DNA of 60,451 nucleotides, counting the filler, from Sphacelaria rigidula (Eukaryota), in NCBI GenBank assembly GCA_964200075.2. It is 8 parts of 8 records of this genome, joined end to end, with 100 filler letters (N's around TTAATTAATTAA, not from the genome) between each part and the next. Parts side by side here need not be neighbours in the genome. Positions count along the whole stretch, not along the records: positions 7,571 to 15,040 come from CAXNAA020014784.1; positions 15,141 to 22,609 come from CAXNAA020014785.1; positions 22,710 to 30,178 come from CAXNAA020014786.1; 5 more parts are not named here. One strand, given 5' to 3'. The notes below the pieces were generated by a model. It ran no database searches and was not told where the DNA came from. It saw only the letters and a list, made by a program, of their open reading frames with translations. The position numbers and the translations under genes are program-made. This document shows, piece after piece, positions 12,312 to 25,698 of this stretch (position 1 is the stretch's first letter; the number at the start of each line of letters is the position of its first letter).

Positions 12312-13353
12312 CTCTCAAGTTCCCGATGCTGAACCCTTGAAGCCTGTCGATATGGATCCCGAACAGCCATCGCCCATCTCTGGCCAAATTCTCCCTCGGT
12401 AGCACCCGAGCACAGCCCGCCGGACTGCCGTATCGAGCTGACTTCTGTTCCCATTTGCGCCTGGCTGCGCACCTTTCCAGCGCTTCTCGAGAGAGTTTGG
12501 GCAGTGTAATGTTGATGGATGATCGTCGGGAGGTACTTGTATCCTTCTGCGGATGCCTGTCGTCACGGTCAGTGCGTTCGTCCGCACCGACAGCTCCATG
12601 GCGGGAGTGCGTGCTGACAGCAACACCAGCAAAGGTGCCAGCTTCACCGCTGGAGTGTACGCCGACAGCAGCATCAGCAGCACCGACAATGTTATCGACT
12701 GGAGTAGCGATAGAGTCAGTAGTAGCGTTATGGGATGAATTTTCCTTTTTCAGCCCTGGAACGCTGGATATCAATTGTGCCTCAGGGACTTCATCTCGAG
12801 TAAGCTTGCGACGCTGATGATATCCGCCACCGTATGTGCTCAGAGAGGCTGACAGTACCAGAAACCCAGTGGCAGTAGCTAACATTCCACAGATGAGAAG
12901 CCTACGGGACGACCCGAAATGCGCTTTCGATACCGTTTTCGATGTACCAGAATTCAGTTTAGGTGGATGCTGCAGCGACAGCGGCTGCGGCTGCGGCTGC
13001 TCCTGATGCTTGTGCTGCTCCTGTTGCAGCTGCTCCTGGGGTGATGGCGGCGGCGTCGGCCAGAGGTCCTCTCGCTGGTGCTCGCCCCGTGGGCATCGTT
13101 TATTCAACTGAGAATATTTATCTGTTTTGCCGGGTGTCGAAACATCGATAAAACGAAAGGTCTTCGGCACGGCCGTGTGCGGCTGCAGGGGCAACCGTGA
13201 TGATGAAGATGGCGGTGGTGCTGTCGAGAAGATTGCGCCGTAGAGTTGCTGTAGTCCCGTCATGGGCGCTAGCTGTCGCCTGTAATTCTGCCTTTTCTTC
13301 GTGGCAGGGGAAGGCGGTGACCGGCATAAACTGGTGATACTGCTGTGCCCCAT
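12312..13353 (-). CDS. Large first exon of an unidentified type II membrane protein (low-complexity N-terminus, one TM helix, stem region)
   Basis: Within the 449-aa ORF; ACAACCATGG start context at 13353; hydrophobic LLICGMLATATGFLVLSASLSTY; donor GAGAG|GTATGT at 12312/12311; no recognisable catalytic motif in view. Confidence 0.6.
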
Positions 13354-14842
13354 GGTTGTGTTTGTTTCGCACAACAGGCGAGAGGGCTGTGCGGTCTGTT
13401 GAGTAGCACCGCGCAACGGTCGATTCTGTTGTCTGTCCAGACAAGACAGCAAATAAAAAGTGCCCTCCGTGCCGGCTGCACACTACAATAGTTGTAGTGA
13501 CGGTATGACCAACCGCCAGTATATTACGTGTCCTCAAGAGGTTATCTGCCAATGTAGTATTGACCTCTATGATCTACAGCCCGTATAGTGCAAGTCCGAT
13601 AGAAGTCGGATATTGCAAGTCGTCTACGTACCCTATTGTAAAGCACACAAGTGTATATAACACGCGGCACTTGCCTGTGGCTATGCTGTAGTAATCTGTA
13701 GTATCCAGCTACTATATCTCTGTCGGGGAGCTACGCACGTGTTGCAGCGGCAGGGCCATTGGGTCCATCGTCATCGTTGGCAGACGGTGCAATCCGGAGA
13801 TATTAATGGACCGCGTAGTCTGAAAGATTAGTATTTTTAAGAAGTTTCCCAGAGTGTGAGTGTGAGTAGTGGTGTCCATAGCTGATGGCGTAAAACACCC
13901 CTGGGTAGTATGATACATGTACTGCACCAGGCGGCTTACTCGAAGTAAACTCAGGGAGCGCGGGGGAGGTTCGATCGAGCATCATAGGGGTCTTTCGATA
14001 GGGGAGCGCGGGAGTACTTGCAGAAATACTTTCCCTTGAAAAGAGCAATGCCACGGTAGAGGTTGCACTTTTTGTTTCTTTGGCTCTCCTTCTTCTAAGA
14101 GCATAAATATATAGGACTTATTACGAGTAGATCGACTCTGTGGGAGCCTTTCAAAATTTCTGTTCAAAAACATGGTTTTCGCACGCAGGGGCCCTGTCGT
14201 GAATCGGCATCAGTTGCACTCGTTTCTTCGAGTAAAAATGATGCCGATTCACAACATGACCCGTCTTACACCCCGAGTAGCCCCAAGAATCGAGAAACAT
14301 TTTCGCAAAAAGTGCAGGGTATGTACGCACGCCAGCGCAGGGCCGAATAACAGAACCTGCCAGGAGACTAGAACCAGTCCCACATTATTGCATTTGTGCA
14401 GACCCGCCGCCGGTCCAACCAACATGATTTTTGGATCCACTCGCGCCCAACAGAGCAGGCACACTATTTTCGAACGCGCACCCGCGCAAAACAGAGCAGG
14501 CATATAGAGCACGCCACAGCACGCACAGATACACAACAGTAGACGAACCACCACCGGCAAGCCGCAAAAGCGACAGCGGCAGCAGTACCATGTTACTACG
14601 GAGACCGCGCTTGAACCTACATCGCACACGCTCCACACGCTTGGGAGGGAACTGACTTACATAGGCCGCGGCTGAAAATAGTGCACCTCAAACCGTACAA
14701 AAGCAGCTCAAGAACGTGAGCGCACGGGAGATCGGGAAAATACGCTAGAATTTCTCCGCACCTTCTGCAGCCAGTCTTCCCGAGGTCTTGCCGAGGTAGC
14801 ACGAGTAACAATGTTTTCGTGAGATTAAGGGTAGAATATACG

Positions 14843-15039
14843 ATTGAGCGCCTGCCTTAGCACATTAGTTTCGATCGAAGTGGTGCGGTGGAAAACAAAA
14901 TCCCGATCTGATAGGCTGTGAATTCAACCATCTTTAAAAATTTCGACGATGGTTGAAATTACGGCCTATCAGATCGGGATTTTTGTTTTCCACCGCACAT
15001 TTTCGATCGAAAAAAAGAGTGCTAAGACAGGCCCTAATT
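14843..15039. repeat. Near-perfect foldback of about 195 bp (MITE-like hairpin)
   Basis: GTGCGGTGGAAAACAAAATCCCGATCTGATAGGC pairs with GCCTATCAGATCGGGATTTTTGTTTTCCACCGCAC. Confidence 0.85.
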
Positions 15040-17429
15040 CNNNNNNNNNNNNNNNNNNNNNNNNNNNNNNNNNNNNNNNNNNNNTTAATTAATTAANNNN
15101 NNNNNNNNNNNNNNNNNNNNNNNNNNNNNNNNNNNNNNNNCGGGGGGGGGGGGCGGGGACGGCGGTGGGGAGGGGGGAGGGGGGGAGGGCCGAGGGGGAG
15201 GTGAAGTCGAGTAGAGCCACGTCCCTTAGGTACAGCCGACAAGGCGTGACCTTCATGATTTCCGAGAACGACTTGAATCGCTTCACCTCTGCTTGGGGCA
15301 GCTCAAAACATATGATAAGACGTGCTCAGAAACATCCGGGCAGCAGCAACCCCTGTTGTTGGGTGATAATCAACGAACAGTGACCATCAACTCCACATGA
15401 TGCGCTGTTACTGCGCCTCGACTTCAACGACGCTTTTTTTTCCCCCTTGACGGAAGAACATCCAACCCAACACTTACGACGAATGTTGATACTACACTAG
15501 ACACATGTAATTACTTGTGTGAAGGATGGCGTGACGGTTGCTCAAATGTCGACCGATCGATGAGGAGAGCCAGGGAAGTGCACCGTAATCGTGCTGCGGT
15601 GATCATTGTCGGTCACACCATTGTGGGGCCGTGCCGTGCGGGGATCTGATACCGATGCATCAATCATTACAGAAAGGAGCGGGATTAAAACGCACAGGGG
15701 AAGGGCGGGGCAGGCGAGGGGAGAAGGGGTGAGTGACCTCGACTGAATTACATTTTTCCTGCCATAGCACACTTTAATGGTCTTGAGCTATGTACTTTTT
15801 TTAACTGATGGACAAAACCATCGATCTCCGAGATAAAAGACGGTATACATGTACAGGCTGGTCCCACTACTTGAGACAAACAAGGGTCACCGGCGATTTC
15901 CCGCTCGAGGTTGGAGAGTTGGGACCTGAGCGTTGAGGATGGGTGAAAGTCACCAATTAGGGATCACAGGGAAGTTTTCTTCTTGTGTATCTTGCTCGGA
16001 AAAATCAAAATATCCTCAGGTTCGGCGCCCAAACGATCGATTCGCACCTCACCTCAAACTTCCGGGCCGTAACTCTCTAACCTCGAGCAAAACATCCTAG
16101 ATACGTGGATTCCGAATAGTGTGCAGAAATCCCAAACATGACCCTGGATATTTTCCTTCGTGATTGGTTTGGTCACAACTTTCGTACAACGATGATCTAG
16201 AAGCCAAAGCAGGTATTGCTATTGCTGTGATGATATCAGCTACACGCCCACAAATGTTCAGTGGAATTGGACTAGATTTCGGGTACGTTGAGTTTTGTAG
16301 CGAACTGACACCCGAGGGTACCTCCACCAGGTCGTAAATGATGTCCGAGGATAGCGTATAACGATAAAATAGCGATGTAGCACCAAAGGGTACCGCAACC
16401 AGGTCGTACATGGTGTCCCACGATAGCGTGTAACGATAGAATTGCCTGTGCGACCGATCACAGCGCGTGGCGCTGTTCAGGTTAGCTGTACGGCTGCAGT
16501 CAATCTACGCATGATGTCTCTTTCTGCTGCCGCTCGTTCTGTTTGCGCCGGGAACACGCTCTTGTCACAAGTAGAGGGGCAAGCCTGTAGTGCCTATGAA
16601 CAGTCTCTGTTAATGTAGGTACGAGTTGTTGTCTCTGCCTCGGCTGTCGCTCAACGATAGAGGTGAGGGGGGAGGGAGAAGGATGTTACAGCATCACCCC
16701 CGCCGCACCCACGTTCCTTGTCGTATCGCCCACGTGAAGGTCGTGATTGTTCCGCGGAACAAGCCCGAACGAGGTCGCAGAAATATGTTCAGTCTTAGGG
16801 AAGGATGAATGCTGTGCCAGGCAATAACACGTCGTGTGTTCATCGATGTCCAGGCGCTGGTGAAAATGCCCCATGCCTCAGTTTGTAAAAAAAAAAAAAG
16901 TGGCGACTTAGACCCCCCTCCACTGTTGAACAACTCCTAACTCGCACCGCCTAGAGCATCCAAGTATGATTGTCTGCTGTTACAACCAGAATCTCCTTCA
17001 GAGTCCCCGCTCGTGTACACGACGAACAGCAATGCCCATGAGGAATGACCACCAAATGCTGTACGCTAAAGTGGAGGCCCTCTGTTTATCAGAATTTGGG
17101 AGACGGATAAGTGTGTGCAACAAACTTACTCTTGAAATTCGGATGACATTCCACCGTTTTGCATATAAAACACCAACAAGTTCTTCACGAAGGCTCCATG
17201 TGCTATCGTGTGCAAGGAACGAGTACTTGATATTCGAAACCGCATGGACGCGGTAGGCACATCACACGATCTACCGAAGGCATCGGTAGGGGAGAGAGAA
17301 GGACGCCGGGGCCGCCTTGAATAACGCCGATTTTAAGGCGTTTTAGAAACAAATACCAACGCTGAGGTTTGAAACAATCGCGGAAATTCCAGCTCAATAC
17401 TTGGCAGACCGAATAGTTAGCAGACTCAC

Positions 17430-17474
17430 AGTATCCAGCTCCAGGTAGTTCATCTTGTGAATCTCCATGTTCAC
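17430..17474 (-). CDS. Candidate 45-nt exon VNMEIHKMNYLELDT of an unidentified gene
   Basis: Strong acceptor TGCTTTTTTTCAG and donor GTGAGT; 15 codons in phase 0. Confidence 0.4.
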
Positions 17475-19141
17475 CTGAAAAAAAGCATATAGGTAGCACA
17501 AAGAGAGCAGAGGGTCAGCTCGGAGGAGACAACAAACACAGACGACCCCGTAGCTCGCGAGTAGAGTGATGGCTGTTGCGCGGTAGATAATACGTACAGT
17601 GGGGACACAGCTGTTTCGGTGTTAGCGAGAATTCGCCACCATTTGCTCCGAGCGCAGAGGGATTCCCACGTTTCGAACTTCAGCACATGTATGCCTCTCT
17701 CCGTATAGGTGCGCTGCCTTTTGCGACCATATACCGAACAGAAAAAATACAGAGCGAGTTTGTTGAACATCCCCCGGTGACATGTATGTATTTCACTTGA
17801 ACGCTTTCGCATTTCCGAGCTCAATTCCACGACTGACTAGAAAACGTTTCATTGTCCACCCTGAATCGTATACCTGATATGTTCCATACCGTGGGGTTCC
17901 AAGAACACCGGACAGGACGAAACGAGTTGGCACAAGCTCTGGCATATTCAAATTCGCTCTACAGGTATTGTCTTTTTTCTCATTGCACTAGCGCACTTTC
18001 GCACGATGTGACATACCCTTCAGGCTGCGCGAGCCAGGTGAACATTTTTCACGTACTCGATGGTGTTTCGTAAAGTCATGGCTCTTGTCCAAACTCTGAA
18101 CCTGTTGGGCGCCAGCGTATTCGCCATTTTTTTGTTGCTGTTTGAATCGCAACGCTTCGTCCTCTGCTGCTGTTCTCAATTGCTTCCCAGAAACAAAGTC
18201 GTTCCGTACGGTGCGATATGTGGACAGAACGAGCCGGCCGCGCCCGAATGCTTTTCAGTTAAAACGAGCGCAAAGGATGCCTGGAAGATAACAGAAGCGG
18301 GCACTGGATACCTCCCTCTCGAATGATTCTAATGTCATACTGCGGCGGAAACACAAGGGCGCACTAGAAAAAAGGTCGTACGCATGGGAGAACGCCTGGG
18401 GCAGAGAGTGGGCGGGGACGGGCGGAGCTTGTGCCGCTGTCCTGCGAGCCCCAGCTAGCTTCGACACGATTGTTCACGTGCTGTTGATGGGGTGGAGTAC
18501 TGCGTGAGGGTGGGCGTGCCATGTTGAGAATAAGGTGACTGCATTCTTCGAAACATAAATGTACATGTAAAGCACTAGATGCGGAGAGAGGGTGGCATTT
18601 AATGTCCGCGTTCGAACTGTCACGAACGCAATGAGCCCGAATGATGTAAAAAATGACGTGTCCACCACGTACAACGACGCAGACCATCGGTAAACGATGT
18701 ATATATATATACATATATATATATGTGTGTGTATATATCAACAGGGAAACACCTTTCGATGCACGGGAGTCATCATAACCAAAAATCAGAAGAGAGCAGC
18801 CGCGGTAACAGAAGCAACGAGAACAAATATATATTCGAAAATTAAAATAGAAAGCGACACCTGATATCTCAAAGGTAGACAAGGTGCAACACTAAACGTG
18901 GAACGGTAGAGTGCACTAGATCCCGCCTCATGTCCAATCCTCCAACCCCAAATATGCCCACGTCTTTCTCTATTTCTTGAGCGGACGGTCGTTTGTTTTT
19001 GCCATGCACCGAAGAGATGCATTTATTTTCTTTTGACTAAAATGAAGTGTCCATTAGTACATCTCAAACTTTTTTCGCCGGTTTGTGAAAAAGCGAGCAG
19101 AGACTGAAAACAAAACTGCCCGATGCACACAAATAGCCGAC

Positions 19142-19294
19142 CTTATTTCCGGTGAGCCCACGCGCACTGTCCGAGAAGCTTCGTTTTCTCTGATCCGACC
19201 GCGGCGGTGACGATGCCCTGCTAGTGGTGGACCACGGAGTGCTAACTCCCCATGGAGGCGCCTGAGACGCCAATGCTGGTCCACCCGCGTCATG
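19142..19294 (-). CDS. Candidate internal exon of an unidentified gene
   Basis: CCAACAG acceptor, AAG|GTCGGC donor, 153 nt open (51 codons); low-complexity protein. Confidence 0.35.
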
Positions 19295-22023
19295 CTGTTG
19301 GACGCACACCCGTCGAGGAGCAAGAAACGCATTTTCGAAACATAAGCGGAAGAAAAGTAATTAAAAATACGGGTACTTGGTGTAACAAAACGCGTTTTGG
19401 TTCAGAATATATTCAGAAGAATGAGCGATCTTGAATGAGCGATCTCGAAGTATAGCAAACCACATACTAATATATATATATATATCAAACCTTCGGAGGG
19501 AGTTACGGCAACTCAATGTCGACAAACAGTTCACGTTTAACGCAATTGCTTTTCCAAACCCAAATCTTGACCTCCGACAACGCAGACGCCATCCTTAGGC
19601 TGATCGAGAGCTCTGCGGTCAGGGGATACACGAGGGAACGTGATCGTTGGTGGGGCTCAAATCGACGATTCCTCAGGCCATGGAAGCCCAGAGAGCACCA
19701 CAGGCGAGGCAATGCACACCTTGACAGCGCTGATTAGAGTAGATGCTTTTTACGAACGCTCGTGCATGTTCCGGACGGTTAGCCTCGAAGTGTCAAATTC
19801 GGACGGGATGTGGGTAACATTTCCTTGGCGCCTTTGGTTTGCCACACCAGGGGGGTGGGAGAGGGGGTTGTCATTTTTCATGTGCTCTGTTTTCCGGCAT
19901 GTTACGGAAAACTAATGCGTGGACACAGGTGCATCATGTTGCAACGTGATACGCAATCCGACAAGCTTCCCCCTTTGTCTCAAAGTAATTCCTCCCCATC
20001 TCCAGGAAAAAATGGCCTACAGCCACGTCACCCAGAATTGATTTTCTTCGTCGCTGTCCGAGTAAACCGCAAAGTTTACACTCGCAATCGTTCGAAATTC
20101 TATGTCTAGGTTGTTTGTCGCTGCCTTATTATCATGCACCCCATCAAACGATCCCTACTCCCCGCCTTCTCCCACCTCTCTACGGCCGCCCGCCTCCGAC
20201 AAATGTTCGCTGGGTCGGCGACGAAAGGCCGGCGCCCGCCCGTTCTCTGACGCCTTCGCTGCCGCGCTGCTGCTACTGCTTCTCCGCCGTACATGACGAG
20301 AAAACTTGTTTATCCACCATTGCCTAGCCACAGCTGTCCCCGCGGCCCAAGGGAAGATTCTGCCCGCTGAAGAATTGTCGCCACTACCAATGACATCGTA
20401 GCCGATACTGGTGTAATGGCGGGTACTGCTAGTGTCGTCAGAATCTCCGTGGTGTACATCGTCTTCTTCGGGCAGTCGTCGCAGGGGGGACTTTGGCCGC
20501 GGTACCGCTGTGTTGTTGGGCGGTTGGGTGGTCAAAAGAAAGGATATGGAAATCGGGGGTTCTCTTTGTTCGGACTTCCCGTTGCACGTGTGTAGTCGAT
20601 TCCTACAGGTTTGTACGTACGTCGCTTGCGGAACGCGTAGTAGCTCGATTTAACCGGCCGAGTGCGCTTGGGATTCAGCTTTCAACGCACCTGGCAGAGA
20701 CCGGGGGCGAAGGCTCCTCGATTCTGCCGTAGACTATTCGTACGAGTACGCTGGCGGTTATGTTCAACACGTCGTCCACGCGATAAGGACGAAGCTGGTC
20801 ACCGCCTAACCCCTGCCCCCCTCGCTTGGGGCTAGGGTGTGCAACATTGCGTCCTAGTACGGAGGCTGCACAGCACCGCAGAAATGTGTACTGGTGGTGA
20901 GGATAAGACTGACCGGGTGCGCGGATGCAAGCGCTGAAGGTAGCTGATGTTAGGATATACTCTTCGTATGTATGCGTGAAAAAGGTTGGAAATAGACTGA
21001 TTTTTGTGGCAGATATTCTGATAAACTTGAAAAATGACGGCTACCGCTAAAGCAAGAGCAGCCAGCAGCACAAAGTACGGAGACGTGCAAGGTCTCTCCA
21101 ATACGGTTGCAGCACTCTATTACGAACCATGTTGATGTGGATGGATCTTATCTATTGATGCTGCAATGGTCGATGGGCAATGAATACCGGCAGGCTGCTG
21201 ACAGCTTTGATGCTATCCAGAAGTTTGGCTCGAGTGAAAAGGGAGTGGTGTTTGAAGTGCAATTGTGGACGCTACGTCTTTTAGGCGAGATACTCAAACG
21301 AATCGCAACGGGAACACGCTTGATACTGCTTTCAGTAATATACAAAAGGTGGCAATTCATGCCGTCTTGGCTACATCAACAACTGACACAACGGGTACGC
21401 GTGGACGTTTGTGAAACTTCGAACCTTTATCCTGTTAGATGCCAGCTGCTTCTGCACACACATTTTCTCTCTTACAAACATACAACTACACGACAGATCA
21501 AACTCTGCTTATGGCCGACCATGCGGCGTTTCTCACGGGCACATCAGATAGAGCATTGGGTCTCATCGCTGGGGTAAGCTCTTGGTAGGGAACACGTAGA
21601 ACGTTTTCATCTCCCTGGCAAGCCAAAGGGACCAGCCAGTCAACGAACACTCCTCGCGCCGAAGACCCCCGATGAACCGGTAGCACAGACCACTCTACGA
21701 TGTGTCCTATCAAGATCCTGGCCATCGCCGAAATTTTGGTCGTTGTTCTGTTCTGTCGTGGGTGAGCGTGCAAATACGGCAAACACGCATGAATAGGACG
21801 AGAACCAGGAATGCACTCACATTTGTCGGGGAAGCACTCCTTGGCGAATTTATGTACCCGTCTCGTGTGGAGCATCTGCCGGATGTGGTGCTCGCCCATC
21901 CCGTCGTTCATTTGAAGCAAAAACGAGCCCTTGAACAGCTTCGAATTCCGCGTGCGCACATTCGGGACAGACCTACTCGGGAGGACAGTGGGCAATGGGA
22001 GGGGAGGGGGAGAGGGGGGGAAG

Positions 22024-22195
22024 GGGGTGTACTCACGATCATGCATACCGTAGTCATATGACCACTGGTCTCACATCCCTACGAAGTCGGGACGGAGCAC
22101 GCCGGGTTTTCGTCGGACCAGGCTCGCAATCAATCGTCAGGCGCGAAGTGCCGGGATTTGGTCGGCAAGTGGCATGAAGGGTGAGCTGCATTCTG
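22024..22195 (+). repeat. Dispersed repeat (GGTGTACTCATGATCATGCAT... family); copies at 32205-32315 and 31800-31850 (inverse), 52712-52883, 60386-60451
   Basis: Direct sequence similarity, e.g. GGAGCACGCCGGGTTTTCG.CGGACCAGGCT. Confidence 0.8.
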
Positions 22196-25170
22196 CTAAG
22201 ATTGTTCGGCCCGAAGCGTTCTGATCATCTTGTACTTGGATGACAGCCCCCAGTGAGTTACTTCATGTTCTGGCATCGCGACTTCCATAGATAGCCACGG
22301 CTTATACACTGGTTGCCTCACCATGTAAACACTACGTAGTAAGATCATTTCCTTTTCGCGGAATTTAGGTTCTCTCACCCCGCACAGTATGATCTTGCTC
22401 TACCACCATCATGGTTACCGCATGAAAAAACTCTAGCCCGCAAAAACCCGATACGCTGGCGGCCTAGCTTACGCAGTGAGTGGCGTGATTTACAGCGTCA
22501 TTGCCAACCGGCGACAACCCCATACACGGGGTGGGTGGGTGGGCGGGTGGGGGGGGGGGGGGGGGCGGGGCAGTTGGTGTGTGCCCTGAGGGCGGGGGAG
22601 GGGGGCGGGNNNNNNNNNNNNNNNNNNNNNNNNNNNNNNNNNNNNNNNNNNNNTTAATTAATTAANNNNNNNNNNNNNNNNNNNNNNNNNNNNNNNNNNN
22701 NNNNNNNNNATGTATAACGGCGGGGTACATGGCATCCTCGTCGCCATTATGGAGTGATCGAAGCGCAGTGTGGTGCCGTATTAACGCGGACGACGAAGTA
22801 CAGTAGCGTGCATGACGTGAGTTTACACCTCAAATAAGCTGAAAATATCATGATCACACGCAGTACAGAGGAGTAGGTGAACACATCCCCACAGGGCCTG
22901 ATGATGACTGTCTCCGAATACAGACAAGAGTAGACGGGGGCATGACTGAGGTAAATGTGCCGTCGGCGTCGCCTGTACTATTGCAACTTAGGCGCAGGCT
23001 TGCCACAATGCAGCACGAAGCATCTACTGCAGGTGCGGCGTGAAGATTTCTCCACGAAAAGTCAGCCATGCACTCTGGCGGGGGTTAGAAAATACCGACG
23101 GGTCGAACAATTCGTCACACAAATATATAACCTTTTCTCCCACGTTCCATTCGCACAGATCTGAAATACACGTTTTGGGCGATTTGTTCGCTCAAAGGCT
23201 GTAGACAACAACCATTTCTTGCCCAAAAAACGTCAAATGTAAATCGTCAATTTTCCATCCACGGTTCTAAAAGGGTTAAAACAGAAAAGTGGTGTCGAAA
23301 ACGTGCGGTCGAATCGAATCAGCTGGCATATGATGCGTCCATGACATCTACTTTCTCAGACGGTTCAGAGCATGAATGCCGTGGACGTATCAAATACGAG
23401 CGATTTCGATTCCACCGCAGGTTTTCGAGACTGATTTGTTTTCTTCAAACACGGCGAAAAACACGGCCTATTACCCGTAGGAAGATGGAAGGAACGAAGC
23501 GGGGGGGGGAAGAGAGAAGAAGAGAGCACTGTACTGTACTGAATGCCCAGATTTGTATTGCGTTGTACTACTACAGCATTGTGGTGTGCGTTTCAATTTG
23601 GCTGCGTATGGTCCCAAGGGTGGGTCATCTGTTGCATTGGCATCGCTGTAGCATGATAATGAATCGCTATGTACAGATGACAGACGTGTGTGCATCCAAA
23701 TGGAAAAACAACAACAACGACAGGGAGACACAGAGGCACGGCCGTAAAGGTCGTGTTTTATCAAGACAAGACGCGAGGAACGAAAAAACCGTCCAAAAGC
23801 CAGAAGCAGGATATTGGTTTGTCGCCCCGATCATACGGTATACCCGCCCGGTCATCAGCCATCAATGAACACTGCTTTTGGGCGCTTGTTTCGAATCTCA
23901 CTTCTCTTTTTCCTTCTGCTCGAAACGACACTTCCACTGTAGCCGCAAGGATAGACCCGCCCAGCGATCAATCAACCCGCTGCTTTTGGATTTTTTGTTC
24001 CGTCTCTCGCTTCTTTGTTTTGTCTCGATATGACACGGCCCAATAACTGTCGAGACGTGAAGGATGGTGGCACGTGGGGATCTAAATAGCAGAATTTTCC
24101 AGCATGCCACTGTCGTGAGGCACCAGGATATATGAGTGTATATACATCGACACGGACCTCGATATTGGAACGACCGTTGTTTCGAAGGGTCGGATGTATT
24201 GATGATTCGTCTGGAAATTACTTGATTTTAATGTCATTGATTCGTACCGTACCAGTCAATCCTTGGGCTTTGTTACCAGCGTTGCAACTGAGGTACGCGC
24301 AGCCCAGGCACATATAATGGCGCAAAAATTGCGTCGAAACCTTCTTGACCAGCGGTCAGCTTCCTTTTCTTTTTCAAGCAACCAGGCCTGAAAATTCGTC
24401 GATTTGGTTATTCGAACCGGCGATGATTCGTTCGAACATGGTTGGTTCCGACCATTTGGTAATCAGCCCCCATCCTGGATGTCACTCTCCACACACTGAT
24501 ACCGGGGGTCTAGACACCGAGACTGACTCGTACCACATGCGTGCAGGGAGCGGGTGGGAAACACAAACTTGACTTTAGAGCGAGCCTGATATCTGCTAGT
24601 GTACTGGAATGTCAACCTTATCGTCATTATTGGAGTTGCTCGTGCGCTGACACTGCAGGGTTCAAACCTTCTCCCCGTCTAGGGTGAATCATCAGTTGAA
24701 TCAGAAAATCAAATGAGGAATGAATCCAACATCCACATGACCCACCCCATTTGTGAGAGTGTTGACGCTACATGAGATGACACGACACTGTAGGGCCTTG
24801 TTTCCATCAACTGATTAATCATCTGTGATCACCGTACTCCTCCTTACAAGGTGCAGGCCGCAGCACCGCAGATGCACGGGAGAAATACGAAAATACAAAA
24901 CGTTGTGCGCCACATCCACACTCGGTAGACAGTCAGTGCACACTTACTGTCGTCTGTACTCCGTACACCAGCGGTGCACAGCAGCAGCGGTGCGGAATAC
25001 TGCAGTGTTTGTACTGGCTCCAATTCACAACACATTCACGTCGACATGTGCTGCATCGCTGTACAAGGTGACGGAGTTATCGCCAGACACATGCTGACAA
25101 TAACATACCCTCCCTCCTCCCCTCGCCCTCCCACCCAGGTCCAACACACATGAACCAATACGCTGCGTAC

Positions 25171-25698
25171 CTTGGATCGCGGGATGTACGCGATGTGCAC
25201 CTTTCCAGTAAACGGCACCATGTGGTGCTCGCACAGACTGTGAAAATCGATGTCCTTGACCAAGATCATTTCGTGGTGATTCTCTTCAAACACAGCGCCA
25301 TTCACAATGCTCTCCAAGCTCTCGCCATAGCCCTGAGTGCAGGATAGGAGGGCCTTCGCCATTCTTCTAGGCGTCTTTACCAGCCCCTGTCGGGAAGTAT
25401 CTTCGCCAAGACATTCGATCAACGTCGCGCAGGCCGCCTGCATTTTGTCCAACCGACCTTCGTCGTCCTCAGCCAGCGCACGCCGCTTTCCCTCGGCGCG
25501 TTCCACTTCCGGCATTGCACTTCTCCGCCGCTTCAGCTGAGCACTCGACGATCCGTTGGGTAGTAGCCGCGTCGTGTTATCTCCCGAAGCACCACCAGTT
25601 GCACTGCTACTGCTCGTCCCGGGAGCTCGAGGGCTGCTGCCATTGTGGTGGTCACTAACATGACATGAGTTTGATCCTGCCGCCGGTGCGCTCGACAT
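25171..25698 (-). CDS. GCH1: GTP cyclohydrolase I, exon 1 (176 codons); remaining exons not found in this contig
   Basis: [20 protein letters not shown] and [31 protein letters not shown] (SLCEHH zinc-binding motif of FolE/GCH1); donor AAG|GTACGC. Confidence 0.95.

Noticed and set aside
17590..17965. Weak resemblance of minus-strand peptides to FkbM/Methyltransf_22 motifs
   Set aside because: Needs assumed frameshifts; too weak without a profile search
21107..22061. ORFs of 120-180 aa on both strands
   Set aside because: No recognisable motif or convincing splice structure
22710..25170. GCH1 as a truncated pseudogene, because no GLSKLAR/QVQERLT exon was found
   Set aside because: Exon 1 is intact with a good donor; the contig probably ends within a long intron
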